DNA of 63,954 nucleotides, filler included, from Conidiobolus incongruus B7586 (Eukaryota): NCBI GenBank assembly GCA_000697335.1. It is 11 parts of 11 records of this genome, joined end to end, with 100 filler letters (N's around TTAATTAATTAA, not from the genome) between each part and the next. Parts side by side here need not be neighbours in the genome. Positions count along the whole stretch, not along the records: positions 1 to 7,325 come from JNEM01000186.1; positions 7,426 to 14,922 come from JNEM01000187.1; 9 more parts are not named here. The stretch is one strand, 5' to 3'. How positions within the stretch are numbered: position 1 is the stretch's first letter; the number at the start of each line of letters is the position of its first letter. Positions 1 to 12,181 of this stretch are shown here, piece after piece. The notes below the pieces were generated by a model. The model made no database searches, was not told where the DNA came from, and worked only from the letters and a program-made list of their open reading frames with translations. The translations under genes were made by a program, and so were the position numbers.

Positions 1-672
1 GTGTATAAAAAATTTAAGATTTATTAATTATAATTATTTATTATCAAAACTTAGGTTTGTAATAATATTTTAATAAGTTTTATTTAACAATAGATTTTTT
101 AACTTTTCTTAATCTTTAATTAAATTATAAGGTATTTATTTTATATTTTTATTTATTAATTTGAGTTTAAACTTTAATATATATAAAATATATATTAAGC
201 TAATATTAAAATATTTAGATAATTTTTTAATTACAATAAAAAGGTATTTTTTATTATATTTTTTCACTCTATTAATAATTAAAAGAGTAATAGTTAAAGT
301 TAGTTTTTTAAATTTTAACAAGTGTTAAATAGTTTTTCTCTTAACTTTAAAGTAATTTACCTAACAATAAATAGTTAATTTCAATAATACTTTATTACCA
401 AAAGTTACTTGTAAATTTTAAATAATTTTAAAAAGTTTATGGTTAAGTTTTATTAATACTAAAATAAAAAACTTCTGATAATTACTATTTAGTTTAAAAA
501 TGATTAAATTTAATAACCAATTTTAAAAAGTTAATTTTTTAATAAAAAAATTATCATTATATATATATATATAACTTAAAAAAATATAATTACCAATTTA
601 CTATGTATATATTTATTTATTTAAAACTAATAATATATTTGAAAAATTAGTTATTAAAAAATTTCCCATTAC
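1..672 (-). mobile_element. Decayed mariner (DD34D family) copy, 5' half with one terminal repeat
   Basis: Ends in AAAAAATTTCCCATTAC, the family terminus. It is a near reverse complement of 63381-63954 (e.g. TTTACCTAACAATAAA vs TTTATTGTTAGGTAAA). Confidence 0.75.
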
Positions 673-1096
673 TTCAAATTCAAGGTATTATTAAACCAAA
701 TCCAATAAAAAATTAAATAAATGATTGAAAATAAATTATAAAATCTTTAATTATATAGTTGAATATATATCATTTCCAATTTCAAATGGAATTATTATCA
801 TTCATTAATATGATAAAAAAATTATATATTAAAGCAATATGAAATCAATTAATTATTATAAAATTTGAGTAAATGATTAAATATTATGAAATTTGACAAA
901 TAATTCACACTTTTATATAGAATGTCGAAAAAATAATATTTTACAATTAATTATTTTAGGGGTTATAATTGAAATAATATTGATAATTTATAAATGGTTT
1001 ATAAATAAAAAATGTAAAGGTTTGATTTCATATGTTGATGAATGCGTAGAATTTAATAGTAGTAAGATATATATACTTTATAAATTTAATAACCCA

Positions 1097-3367
1097 TTAA
1101 TCATTTTTTGTCAAATCAACATGTTCTAAATGTTTAACCTCTGCGAATACGATCCTGCTAGCGAATTGGACTTTCTCGGTGAAGTGACGATGACATGGAA
1201 GTTGAGTAGTTCCTTGGATATGGTGACGACAATGAGGTAACTGTGTATCAGATGAGATCTTTATGCTACTGCCTTTTATTGCATGAGGAACACCAATCCA
1301 GTCGGGATCCAACTCTAGTATCAATTTACTCAACCACCATGACAGTTTCGTGAACGTATCGAAGAAATTGGAGGTGAATACAGAGACTTTGGAGGACTCG
1401 TTGACTTTGGAAAACTTATTGAGAGTGGATTTGATATGTAGGACTTTGGAGTGTTGGGGAATATTTTGGTTCTGGATAAGGTAGTTTTGGATGCGGTTGA
1501 GTACGGTATCTGCGATCTTTTTGAAGATTTGGATTTGATCATTGAGGGTGGTGCACTCGTCGCTGTCCAGTCGTAGGGATTTGGATTGGCGCGCGTTACC
1601 TGTGAGTCCAAGTGTGGTAAGTTGGTCGTAAGAGACAGTGATCAGTTGGTTGAGTAAGATGGATATTGATTTGGCTAAATACTCGTCATATGTGGTGGAG
1701 TTGATGAATTGGAATGGTTGGAATGGTTCTAGAGGTCCAAACCATAAATCGTTATTGGAAAACTCTTTGCATGTAATGGTTTTGGCATTTTGGTCAATTT
1801 CAATAGTGCCTCGATGAATTCTAATAGTAGATAAAAATTGATCATTGAAAATGTCATCATCTTCAGAATCCTCAGTGATTGGATTGACAAATAAGAGAGC
1901 CCTATCGATAAACAACTCATCACTTAATGATGTGCTATTAGTCAACTGATCCAATTTAGAGCAAAGATCAAACCAAGCCTTACATTTGGAAAAAGAAGCA
2001 ATGATTTGTTGGCGATAACGTGCCAGATACTTGAATAGGACAGCCTCTCTAAATCCTTTGCGATTGAGGTTATTGATCAAAGTATTTAGAGTCTGGGTAT
2101 CCTGAATCACGTACCAAGTGTCAGATTTCACCAAATTGGGATCGATTTCCTGGACCCAAAGACCTCCCATGAATGCCCAGTACCAGTAGTTGCGACCGAA
2201 GCGATCTTGGCCCATGTGGATACTGTGGTAGTAATCGAAAGGAGCCATGAGCCCTTGCTTGTGAATACCTTTGAGATATCCTCTTACCAACTGCCTCGAC
2301 AGTTTGGAGAGTTCAATTTGCTTCGACTTGCAAAGGGTTTCCTTTTTCTCGAGCCATTCCCTCTTGAGTTTGAGTTCCTTTTTGATTTTGGTAATAGCTT
2401 CCGCATTACGTTCAGCTTGCTTTCCTTGGATATATAAATCTTTCTCCAAATGCACCACTGATTTTTTCGTGTCTTTAATACTAGTGCCCAAAGCGTGCAA
2501 ATGATTTTTAACACTGGTCAAATGGGACTTCCAATTGAATCGCTTAGTTTCAAAATCTTCGACCAAATCGCCGAAAGCTTTGTGGTCGACAATACACTGA
2601 ATTAATTCATCCATCAAGTTCAACTTCTCAGATGTTGACAATTTGAAGAAATTGAAAGGAGATGCTTCGATAGAAGAATTTGACAATTCTTTCAAAGCTT
2701 TTTCGATGTAAGACTCAGAATTAGCGAATGTTAATGGAGGCAATTCATTAGGTAGTTTATAATTAAGTCTTAATAAACCGTAAGCAAGTTGAGATATCAA
2801 GTACAATTGATAAATACTGAATTCATCGTCATCTGTAGCAAACAATGAAATGTAAAATAAATCAAATTCAAAAAATTCCAATTCGAAATTTTCTACTACA
2901 ATAGGTAAATATGTGGCCATAAAATCGTAAATTTTCACAAGTCTTAAGACCGTTGCCAAACTGTAATTGTTTTTGTAATGGCCGCTATAACTGGGATATT
3001 TATGTAATTCTGGTAGTGGATTTTCACGATTCCAGCAGTTATCATCCATATCTTCAATCGTGGGTTTGAATTGGAATTGATTTAATAACTGTTCTATTTT
3101 CATACTTGGACTCAGTTTTTGGCTATTCTTCTCACTCTTGTCTTCACTGTTGGGCATTTTCTTTTTCTTGGGTTTGGGGCCTAACGAATCAGAATTATTG
3201 TCCTTGTCCTGCTTATTTCCTTTGAGAGTTTTTCGGTCATTCGATCCCCGCGCTAGCGCAGACGGTTCTGGAACGGGACTTTTTTGAGGTTCTGTCATAG
3301 GTAGCCCTAACCCAGCGAGTGCTTTCCTTTTCAGTAGCTGTAAAGCTCTTGGTGTTAACTTATCCAT
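1097..3367 (-). CDS. DDT/WHIM1/WSD-domain chromatin protein (Itc1/ACF1/BAZ1-like ISWI partner), intronless, 756 aa
   Basis: DDT-like LRLVKIYDFMATY, WHIM1-like FFKLSTSEKLNLMDELIQCIV, a coiled coil, the WSD motif MGQDRFGRNYWYW...GGLWVQ and WYVIQD...LNTLINNLNRKGFREAVL. Confidence 0.8.
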   Translation of the reverse strand: MDKLTPRALQLLKRKALAGLGLPMTEPQKSPVPEPSALARGSNDRKTLKGNKQDKDNNSDSLGPKPKKKKMPNSEDKSEKNSQKLSPSMKIEQLLNQFQFKPTIEDMDDNCWNRENPLPELHKYPSYSGHYKNNYSLATVLRLVKIYDFMATYLPIVVENFELEFFEFDLFYISLFATDDDEFSIYQLYLISQLAYGLLRLNYKLPNELPPLTFANSESYIEKALKELSNSSIEASPFNFFKLSTSEKLNLMDELIQCIVDHKAFGDLVEDFETKRFNWKSHLTSVKNHLHALGTSIKDTKKSVVHLEKDLYIQGKQAERNAEAITKIKKELKLKREWLEKKETLCKSKQIELSKLSRQLVRGYLKGIHKQGLMAPFDYYHSIHMGQDRFGRNYWYWAFMGGLWVQEIDPNLVKSDTWYVIQDTQTLNTLINNLNRKGFREAVLFKYLARYRQQIIASFSKCKAWFDLCSKLDQLTNSTSLSDELFIDRALLFVNPITEDSEDDDIFNDQFLSTIRIHRGTIEIDQNAKTITCKEFSNNDLWFGPLEPFQPFQFINSTTYDEYLAKSISILLNQLITVSYDQLTTLGLTGNARQSKSLRLDSDECTTLNDQIQIFKKIADTVLNRIQNYLIQNQNIPQHSKVLHIKSTLNKFSKVNESSKVSVFTSNFFDTFTKLSWWLSKLILELDPDWIGVPHAIKGSSIKISSDTQLPHCRHHIQGTTQLPCHRHFTEKVQFASRIVFAEVKHLEHVDLTKND

Positions 3368-3560
3368 AATTTAATAAACTGACTGAAGAAACTGTTGTTG
3401 TCTAAAATAGCGTTATTAAGTATTCATTATTATTTTTATTAGAATTTTTATGTATTAACTATTTTTACCTTGAAATTAAATTTAATCCCTGTATTCAACC
3501 TGAATTGAATTTATGATAAATTGACAAGGTATAAATCAATGTGTAATTTGATTTAAAACT

Positions 3561-3568
3561 TTATGGGA
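3561..3568 (-). promoter_or_regulatory. Putative promoter element TCCCATAA upstream of the DDT/WHIM gene
   Basis: TTATGGGA on +, ~194 nt upstream of the minus-strand ATG at 3367. The same oriented motif precedes five other gene starts. Confidence 0.55.
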
Positions 3569-4694
3569 TGATTTAAGGGGTTGATTGATTAATTGCATTT
3601 ATCAAATCCTTTATGATTACCAAATCGGGATATTGACTCAATTAATTATTGAACAGAATTCAAAATGTAAGTATATGTTTAAATTTGAGGTAAATAATAA
3701 TTATATTAACAATTAATATAAAAAAAATTAATTGATTATTACATATAAAATTATTATAACTAATATAACTAAAATATTTTAGTGATTTGTTATTATTTCT
3801 ATTCTTATTTTACATTGTTATTCTATTCTCGTAACTCATTAATTGGTTTTTAACCAATTGTATCGCGCTAACGCGAAATTGATTATCCAATGATAATGGT
3901 TTGATTATAAATATGAAATTTTAGGATTAAATTGATTAATGGAAGTGTAATTAATTGGAATGAATTGTAACAATAAAAATATAGAAATATAAGATATAGT
4001 CATAATGTTGGATAAGTAATAATAATTAATTTAGATAATCTAATAATATTCCAATTTTTTTGAATTGAATATATTTTAAGTATCTATTTAATTGAATTTT
4101 CATGTGGAAAATATTGCCTCAAATACATATTTATTTCAATATTTGAAATATAGGATGCATTGAATTAAAATTGATAAGTTAAAAATACGACTCATAAGGG
4201 TATATCTAAATTACATATTTAATTATATAATCAGAATTGTAAATATATTAATGCTTATTTGTATTGATGATTCAATGCAGAAAACATAATACAAATTTGA
4301 TTGATTGAATTTGATTGAAAATCAATTAATACTTTTAGACATTAAAATTAAAGTATTTTTTCTAAAGTATATATATAGTATGAAGTGAATAGTCTAAAAA
4401 ATAACTCACTAAAATATAAACTAAGTAAAAATACACAAAAATTTGCTCAATTTTATTTTCAATCGGTTTAGAAATGTTAAAACGTTCCCATCCTTTTAAT
4501 TTAGATTTATCTAAATTATAGTTGGATTTGTCTTATTATTCTATCATTATTATTACTATTATCACGCGAAGTGATATTAGAATGAGTAAAATAAATCAAT
4601 GTTTATATTTATATTATTGTGCTTAATATTATATTGAATGCTATTTAGTCCGTTATATTCGTTATCGTCTCAATCACTCTCACTGTGATAGTTA

Positions 4695-5212
4695 TTATCT
4701 CTAGTATCTTTTTTGTCTCGAACATATCCAAGCATGAAAATTACCATTTTTCAAATTAATAATTATTTACTATATTTGGAGTTGGAATTATCTAGTGGGA
4801 GGTAAAGTGTCCTCAGGTAATTTAGCTTCCCAATACGAATTACTTACTTTGCTGCCTCCGGCTAACATACTCTATAAATTCATTAATAAATTATATTATA
4901 TATCGTACAAATGTGATTATTTGAACTTGGTCAGATCTCCAAGTATCCAAATCAATAGATTTAACTATACTTTTATTATAAAATAATTTTATAATTAATT
5001 AAAATATTAGTTACCTTTAGAAATATACGTTCCCAAACTCTTGTGAATACCACTACACCTCAAACATAAAAAGTATCTTGAGTTGTAACTGGCCCACCTA
5101 GGGTCCACAATATAAATATTTATGTACCATATCTAGTGTTTAAATAATTAACAGAAGTTTCACAGTCAGTACACACCAAATTTTCAGGACGTGATAGAAA
5201 TGTTTGAGCTTG
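4695..5212 (-). pseudogene. Unprocessed ArfGAP (AGE2/SMAP-like) pseudogene fragment
   Basis: Minus-strand exon remnants read RPENLVCTDCETS / DPRWASYNSRYFLCLRCSGIHKSLGTYISK / VKSIDLDTWRSDQVQ / SMLAGGSKVSNSYWEAKLPEDTLPPT, the ArfGAP CxxC-x16-CxxC domain. Three of four introns have broken splice sites. Confidence 0.85.
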
Positions 5213-5727
5213 GTACAAAAATTAGTGATTTGATTATTTTTTTCATTTTTAAAGTTTGAGACTGGTGAATCAATTAAATTAAATAAGAATTGAGTTGAAA
5301 TGAAAATTTAATGTGATTTAGAAAAATGAATTGGATGAAAAAAATAAATTTTAGAAATGATTTAGATAACAACCTTTAAAAATTGATAAATGATAATTAA
5401 AATAGATTTTAAAATATTCCTTCAGTTTTGACAATAGAAGACTTTGATTAGTTTGAATACATAATAATAATTTTCAATCAATAGGTAAATTGCTGTTATA
5501 TTGGCTCCAATTCAATTGTTTCCAAGTTGTTGATATATTCAATAATAGTTTTAAAATCAAAGTATTATTTATATAATAACCCAATGAATTACTATAATTT
5601 TCAAATTCAACTTCAAATTAGATTTTTCTATATGTTAGATATTCAATTTATTAGTTTAATAAATTTAAACGAAATTACAAAATTTAATACTCTCCAGATT
5701 AATAATTAAATTGAATTTTATGGATAC

Positions 5728-6246
5728 TGTTACGTGTTCAGCAATTCTGGCATGGATCAAGGTAATTAGATCACTGATTCCATGTGTGGATAGTACGTCC
5801 AAGATAAGAAAGAAGAGCTGAGGTACATACAAGACTAGCTAAGCACCAAGTATGGTGGGCAAATTGGACGAATATGCCTCTATACAAGGATCGAGGGTGA
5901 TTAGCCGATCTGAATTCAATTTGATCAAATAATGCAATTAAAATTGATAAATTAACTGGAAATAAATGAGTTTTCAACAATGATATTTTTATTGAAGTCG
6001 TTAGCCAAAGCTGTAGTTGATGATCCTAGCATCACTTCATTTTTCTATCATGAGAATTTCTTACTTTGATGGCCTATACCCTTATATTGGGACCTGTAGA
6101 CCTATCAATTCAGTCATGTTCATTGTTTGTGTAATTTGATTCCTAAGATGGGCATACTTTCTAGTCCACCTTGTCAACTAGTTTAGGTAATCTTCTCTTA
6201 TCAATCTGCATTTATATAATGGGTTCCCAAGTTAACAATCTTAACA
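5728..6246. mobile_element. Solo LTR (~519 nt)
   Basis: GC-richer island bounded by TGTTA...TAACA, with 5-nt flanks GATAC (5723-5727) and GATAT (6247-6251), consistent with a target-site duplication carrying one C->T change. Confidence 0.75.
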
Positions 6247-6324
6247 GATATATTTTTTGATTTTAATGATCATTAATTAACTCAATAGGTATTCTATTAA
6301 TAATTTCATTTATTCATAATTATT

Positions 6325-7530
6325 ATAGTTAAAAAATTTGTAAATTATTTAACATATGTTTTTTCAAATATTTTTCAAATTTTACTAAAATTATATTTAA
6401 AAAATATAGAAATATTAATATTATGATATTATATATATTTTATTGACTATAATTTTTAATTAATAAATTTTTATTTTAAAATCCATTACTTAATTTAATT
6501 ATGTTAAAGTTAAGCAATGATTATTAAAAATATTTTATTAATATTAAATCTTAACAATAAATCCTCTAAAATTATTTAAGATTTAAAAATAACTTATAAA
6601 GAAAATATTTCATCAAAATTACTTTTATTATTCAATTTGTTATTTTAAATTTAAAATAATAATATTGAATTTTAAATAAAGTTTAAGATATCAATTCCTA
6701 TGATTATCAATTTCTTTATTAAATAAAATAAATATACTAATAAATCATTTAATATTTCAAATTATTTACCTTTTAAGAGATAAAATATCAAAAATATAAT
6801 ATTAGATTTTATCAATTTAAAGCTTAATTTACTTAATTTAGTTTATTTAATAAATAATATTTATATTACCAATAGTTTAAAAAACTCATAATAATATTTC
6901 AAAATTATCTATCAAAAAATAATTAAAAAATTAAGATTTTATATTAAATTATAATAATTGATACCCTTTTATTAATATTGTTTTTTTATATTCCTAAAAG
7001 AAGGAAAATAGTATATTTACCAAAAATAACTTTTTTTATCATTATAATTCATTAAATATTTTGGTCAAATTATAGTCTTAATAAATAAAGTCAATATAAT
7101 ATATAAAATATAACTTATATTATTAATGTCAACTTTATTTGTTTTATATATAAATTAATTGGATATTTAGCTATTCTAATTAGTATAATAATCTATAAGT
7201 AAATAATATTGAAATATAGATTAATAGGGATAATATTGATAATATTCCTAATCATTAATTGAAATAATATATAAATCTATTTTTATTACTTATTTGGTTA
7301 GAATTAATAATTCATTAAATCTTAANNNNNNNNNNNNNNNNNNNNNNNNNNNNNNNNNNNNNNNNNNNNTTAATTAATTAANNNNNNNNNNNNNNNNNNN
7401 NNNNNNNNNNNNNNNNNNNNNNNNNTAAAAGCGTTTTGATAAATAGTATAAGTTCTGTTATTAATTTTTTATAAAATCTATCTATTAGAGTTAAAAATAA
7501 ACTTTTTAAAATAAATATCAGATTTTTTTC
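6325..7530 (+). mobile_element. Heavily decayed mariner copy spanning an assembly spacer
   Basis: ATG at 6501 and CTTAACAATAAATCCTCTAAAATTATTTAAG match the transposase start region of the 54452 copy. Boundaries are approximate. Confidence 0.6.
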
Positions 7531-8734
7531 TGTTTGTTTAAAAAATATTAATTATATATTAATAATAATCAGAGAATAATTAATAAAATAAAAAATTAAA
7601 TTTGAAAATATATTATTTTTATTAGATAAATGTCATATTATAACTTATAAATTTATAATATATTTAAATCAATGCTTCTTATTATATTGAGTATATAGTT
7701 TATATATATTATTTATAAATATCTTTTTAAATAAAAATTATATCAATATAATTCAATATGTAAAATTTAGAAATTGATTATTATAATATACTTTAGTTGA
7801 TGCTATATTATTATTAAAAATAAATCTTTTAATACCAAATAAAAAGGAAAACATTAAATACCATAGTGTTTTAAATATAGTCAGATATATTATACTATTT
7901 CATTGTTTAACTTAATTACAGATTTAAATAATTAATTACTATAATTTAATGGTAACTGAAAACTCAATCTTTTTTGCTTAAAATTGAAATAATATTGGTT
8001 TGAAATCAATTAGTAGATGAAATTGGAGTATTTTGATGAATTTGAGTAATATTATGGAAAATAATATATTAATATTATATTTATAATATTTAATTATAAA
8101 TTAAAAATTATAAATAATTATATATTTGAAAATAACCATCATTATTATAGTTTAATCAATTATAATTATATGTGAATACCAATACAGAATTGAGATATAG
8201 TATATATCTGTTTTATGTGTAATTACTAGTATTTAGATTAATTATGTATAGTTTCAAGTATTGCTAAATATAGCAGAGCTTTAGGAGCCACTAAACATTA
8301 AGTATTTACATTTATATTTAATATAATATAATTTGAATATTCTGAGAAATATATTATATATCTGTAAATTTATGATATTATTTATATTTTAAAAGAAGGG
8401 TATTTTGACACGATATATATAATTGTTTTAAATATATTTTTCTTTATTATGTTGTATAGCTGAATTTTTTACTGGATTTAGTAATATTATCATTTGAATT
8501 ATATTTATCATTTATTAAAATTAAAAATTAAAACCTTATTAAAATTTAATTTTTTATTAAACTAAAATCAATTTCAATTATTATATATTTTAGTATAAAT
8601 AAAGTTTTATAGATTAACAAATTTTTATATATTGCATTTTTATGATTTTTATTAATATTGGAGGATTGCAATTTTAACCAATTTAACAGAATAAGCAATT
8701 ACAATAAATTTGAAATTTAAATTATCTCTAAACA

Positions 8735-8742
8735 TCCCATAA
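8735..8742 (+). promoter_or_regulatory. Putative promoter element TCCCATAA upstream of RPN7
   Basis: CATCCCATAAAT ~126 nt upstream of the ATG at 8869. Confidence 0.6.
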
Positions 8743-8868
8743 ATATAAAGTTCCACAAATATTACAAGGTTATAGAAATTGGAAATCATTAAATGTACAC
8801 GTAAACATTAATCACAAGTAAATTTAAAATAATCCATTAAATTTTTAAAATCCAAACAAAACATTAAA

Positions 8869-10141
8869 ATGAGTGAAGAAAATATACCCAAAATCCCTGA
8901 TTTAAGAGGACGTCACTATCGTTTTATTATTAATCAAGGTCCTGATCACCTTAAAGAAGATGCTAAAAAGGAATTATTACAAATTATTAAAGATAATGGT
9001 AATTTATATTAATTATTTTTAGAATTATAATTTTTAATTAATTTGAATATTATTTTATTCCAGAAATGACACCATTTTATAGAATTTTAGCTGATGAAAA
9101 TACTCTCAGTCTTGATTTAGATTTGGAAAATGAATTAAATAATAAAAATATTGCTAAAATTAAGGAGATTGAAGAACAAATAGCAAAAGCTGAAAAGTTG
9201 GAAGGTGAAATAGATATCTTAGACGGCTGGTTAGCTAAGGGTGAGTACTTGGCTAAGATAGCTGATAAAGTAAATTTCAAATTATAAACTTAAAATTCGC
9301 CAGTATTAAATTTATGAGTTAGGAAGGTGCTATTAGTGCATACAAAGTTGCTTATGATAAAACGGGATCATTAGGCCATCGCCTTGATATTTTATTCGCA
9401 TTTATTAGACTCGGTTTCTTTTACTATGATAATGACCTCATTTCCAAAAATATTGAAAAGGCAAAGAGTTTATTTGAACAAGGTGGTGACTGGGAACGTC
9501 GTAATCGCCTCAAAGTTTATGAAGGTTTATATTTACTCTCTATTCGCAATTTCAAAGATGCTGCAAATCTTCTCTTTGATGCCATATCTACCTTCACCTG
9601 TACTGAGTTAATGACATATGAAGAATTCATCAAGTATACAGTACTTGCTACTGCTATCTCTTTCCAACGCGTCCAAATGAAAAAGGTCATTAATGCTCCA
9701 GAGATCCTGGAAGTTTTGAATGATATTCCTTACATGGATGGCTATCTCAATGCTTTATACGGTTGTAACTACGATGAATTTTTCAGAAGTTTAGCTGCAA
9801 TTGAAGAAAACCACCTCTTTACTTCCAGTTTCCTTGCTCCTCATGCCAAATTTTATGTTAGAGAAATGCGCATTATTGGATATAGCCAGCTCCTAGAATC
9901 ATATAGATCTGTGACCATCCAGAGTGTTGCTAAAAGCTTTGGTGTTAGTGAAGAGTTCATCGATAGAGATATTTCCAAATTTGTTGCTGCTGGTAGACTT
10001 CACTGCGTCATTGACAAGGTCAATGGTGTGATTGAAACGAACCGTCCAGATGTCAAATATGCACAATATCAAAATGTTATCAAACAAGGTGATATTTTGT
10101 TGAATCGAATCCAAAAACTTGGTAGAGTTATCAATATTTAA
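8869..10141 (+). CDS. RPN7: 26S proteasome lid subunit RPN7 (PSMD6); exons 8869-8998, 9064-9269, 9323-10141
   Basis: GT-AG splicing gives a continuous frame with EQGGDWERRNRLKVYEG, YVREMRIIGYSQLLESYRSVT and the PCI end GRLHCVIDKVNGVIETNRPD. Confidence 0.97.
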
Positions 10142-11218
10142 CCCTTTCAATATCAAATATACTCTTATTCATATTATTTCAAATGACTTTTTAATAAATT
10201 TTCATCATTATTAAACTCTTATTCTGTTATTTTATAATATTTAGATTATTAACAAACTTCCCGCTTATTTTAATAATGAATTTCAAATTTTCTATTCAAC
10301 TATAAAAGATAAAAAATTATTTATCAATTATTTAATACATGTTATATTAATATTTAAAATTAATATTCTTATATTTTAACATATATTCAATATTTTATAA
10401 TAGACTTGCTTCTTTTTATGTATATGTAATATAGCACAAAGTAAAAAATTATATATATAATTAATTTATAATTTAAAAACAAATAAATCAATTTGATTTA
10501 GTTATTTGATCAAAATTTTTTTCAAATTGATAAAAATATATTAAATTTTCAAAAAATATTTATTTAATATATTTTTCAAATTTTTAGATAATAATAATTA
10601 TACAATATTAATGTAACAATATTCAAAATAAAAGAATAAATTATAAAACTAAGATAATAATATTTATTAAATAAATATTAACCAAAATTTTTAATATGTA
10701 TGCTATTTAAAAAATCATTGATTCAAGGTCGAATTGTATTGGAAATAGTAATTTTGTATCCAATTCAATCCATTAATGTAATTTTTAAAAATATATTTTA
10801 AAATTATTAGCTTTCTTCATATTTTAATTATTTACTATGTAATAAACTTAGAGTATTAATATTATTATAAATTGGTGTTCAATATTTAAATTCAAACAAA
10901 TTTGAATGATTTAACAAAGTTATATGAAGTAATATGCAATACAAAGTAATCATGTAATATAAATTTTGGAATATGAAAAAATAAACTACAAAAACTCTGT
11001 CTTAAATTTTATAAAAGCAATTAAAACAACTTGAAAGTTTGGGAATGTTTATATTTTTTTAATATGTTTTAAATTTTATTGTGTGATGATAGTATATTCA
11101 GTTAAAAGATATCTCTTAGAGTTTATATTATGTTGTAATCGTGTGGTATCGAAATACAAGTAAAAGCTTAATGAAACATGAGTGTAAAATAGAATCAAGA
11201 TATTAGAGATTAATAATT

Positions 11219-12181
11219 TTACATCATTCTCTTGATTCTGGCAATGGCCAAACCAGGGTTGAGTCCCTTGGGGCAGGTCTTAGCACAGTTCATAATTGTG
11301 TGGCAACGGTAAAGGGAGAAAGGATTTTCGAGCTTGGCCATACGTTCTTCTCTAAATTCATCACGGCTGTCAATCATCCAGCGGTAAGCTTGCATAAGAA
11401 CAGCGGGACCAAGGTATTCGTCTTGGTTCCACCAGTATGAAGGACAAGAAGTAGAGCAACAAGCACACAAAATACATTCATAAAGACCATCCAATTTCTT
11501 ACGATCAGCGATAGTTTGAAGATTTTCTTTGCCATTAGCAGGAGGAGTTTTACGCTTCAAGTAAGGTTCAATAGACTTATATTGGGCGTAGAAATGTGTA
11601 AGATCGGGAACCAAATCCTTAACGACATACATTTGAGGTAAGGGGTAAATCTTAGCGGGCTTATCGTCTCTTTCAATTTTACAAAGACAGGCCAAAGTGT
11701 TGCAACCGTTGATATTCATAGCACATGACCCACAGATACCTTCACGACAAGAACGACGAAAAGTAAGTGTAGGATCGATTTCATTTTTGATTTTAATTAA
11801 AGCGTCTAACATCATAGGGCCACAGCTATTCAAGTCAATGGTATAGCTTTGGAGACGAGGTTTCTCATTGGGAACATCGGGGTTCCATCTATAAATTTGG
11901 ATGGTTTTGTTGAGAGGAGCCTTAGGTTGAGGAGTAGAAGGAGAAGCCTTGGGGGTTTCAACTCCAGCAGCTAACTTAGCGGTAGTAGAAGTAGATAAGG
12001 CTCTAGAAAAGTTTAAAATGTTCTAAAGAAAAAAGGAAAATGTAAGTTATACGTCATTGAAAAATTTCGATGAAGTGTTGTAATGGTATGAAAAAACATG
12101 GGGTAAAATGAACAAGTTTCCAAATAAATTGTCAACACTTACTTTAGAAAGAGGGGAGTTGACAGCTCTAAGTGACAACAT
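11219..12181 (-). CDS. SDH2: Succinate dehydrogenase iron-sulfur subunit; exons 12181-12143, 12022-11219
   Basis: Mitochondrial presequence [13 protein letters not shown], then [39 protein letters not shown] and [17 protein letters not shown]. Confidence 0.98.

Noticed and set aside
136..1129. ORFs 136-321 and 893-1129 as genes
   Set aside because: Low-complexity K/I/N/L/Y/F composition from AT-rich DNA. The first is a mariner transposase remnant.
1330..2514. Short ORFs nested in the 756-aa gene
   Set aside because: Alternative-frame or antisense shadows of a real CDS with no independent support.
4744..4920. U12-type AT-AC introns in the ArfGAP locus
   Set aside because: The AT donors lack the ATATCCTT consensus, look like mutated GTAAT donors, and are not paired with AC acceptors.
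5771..5980. 69-aa ORF
   Set aside because: It lies within the solo LTR and shows no recognisable protein motif.
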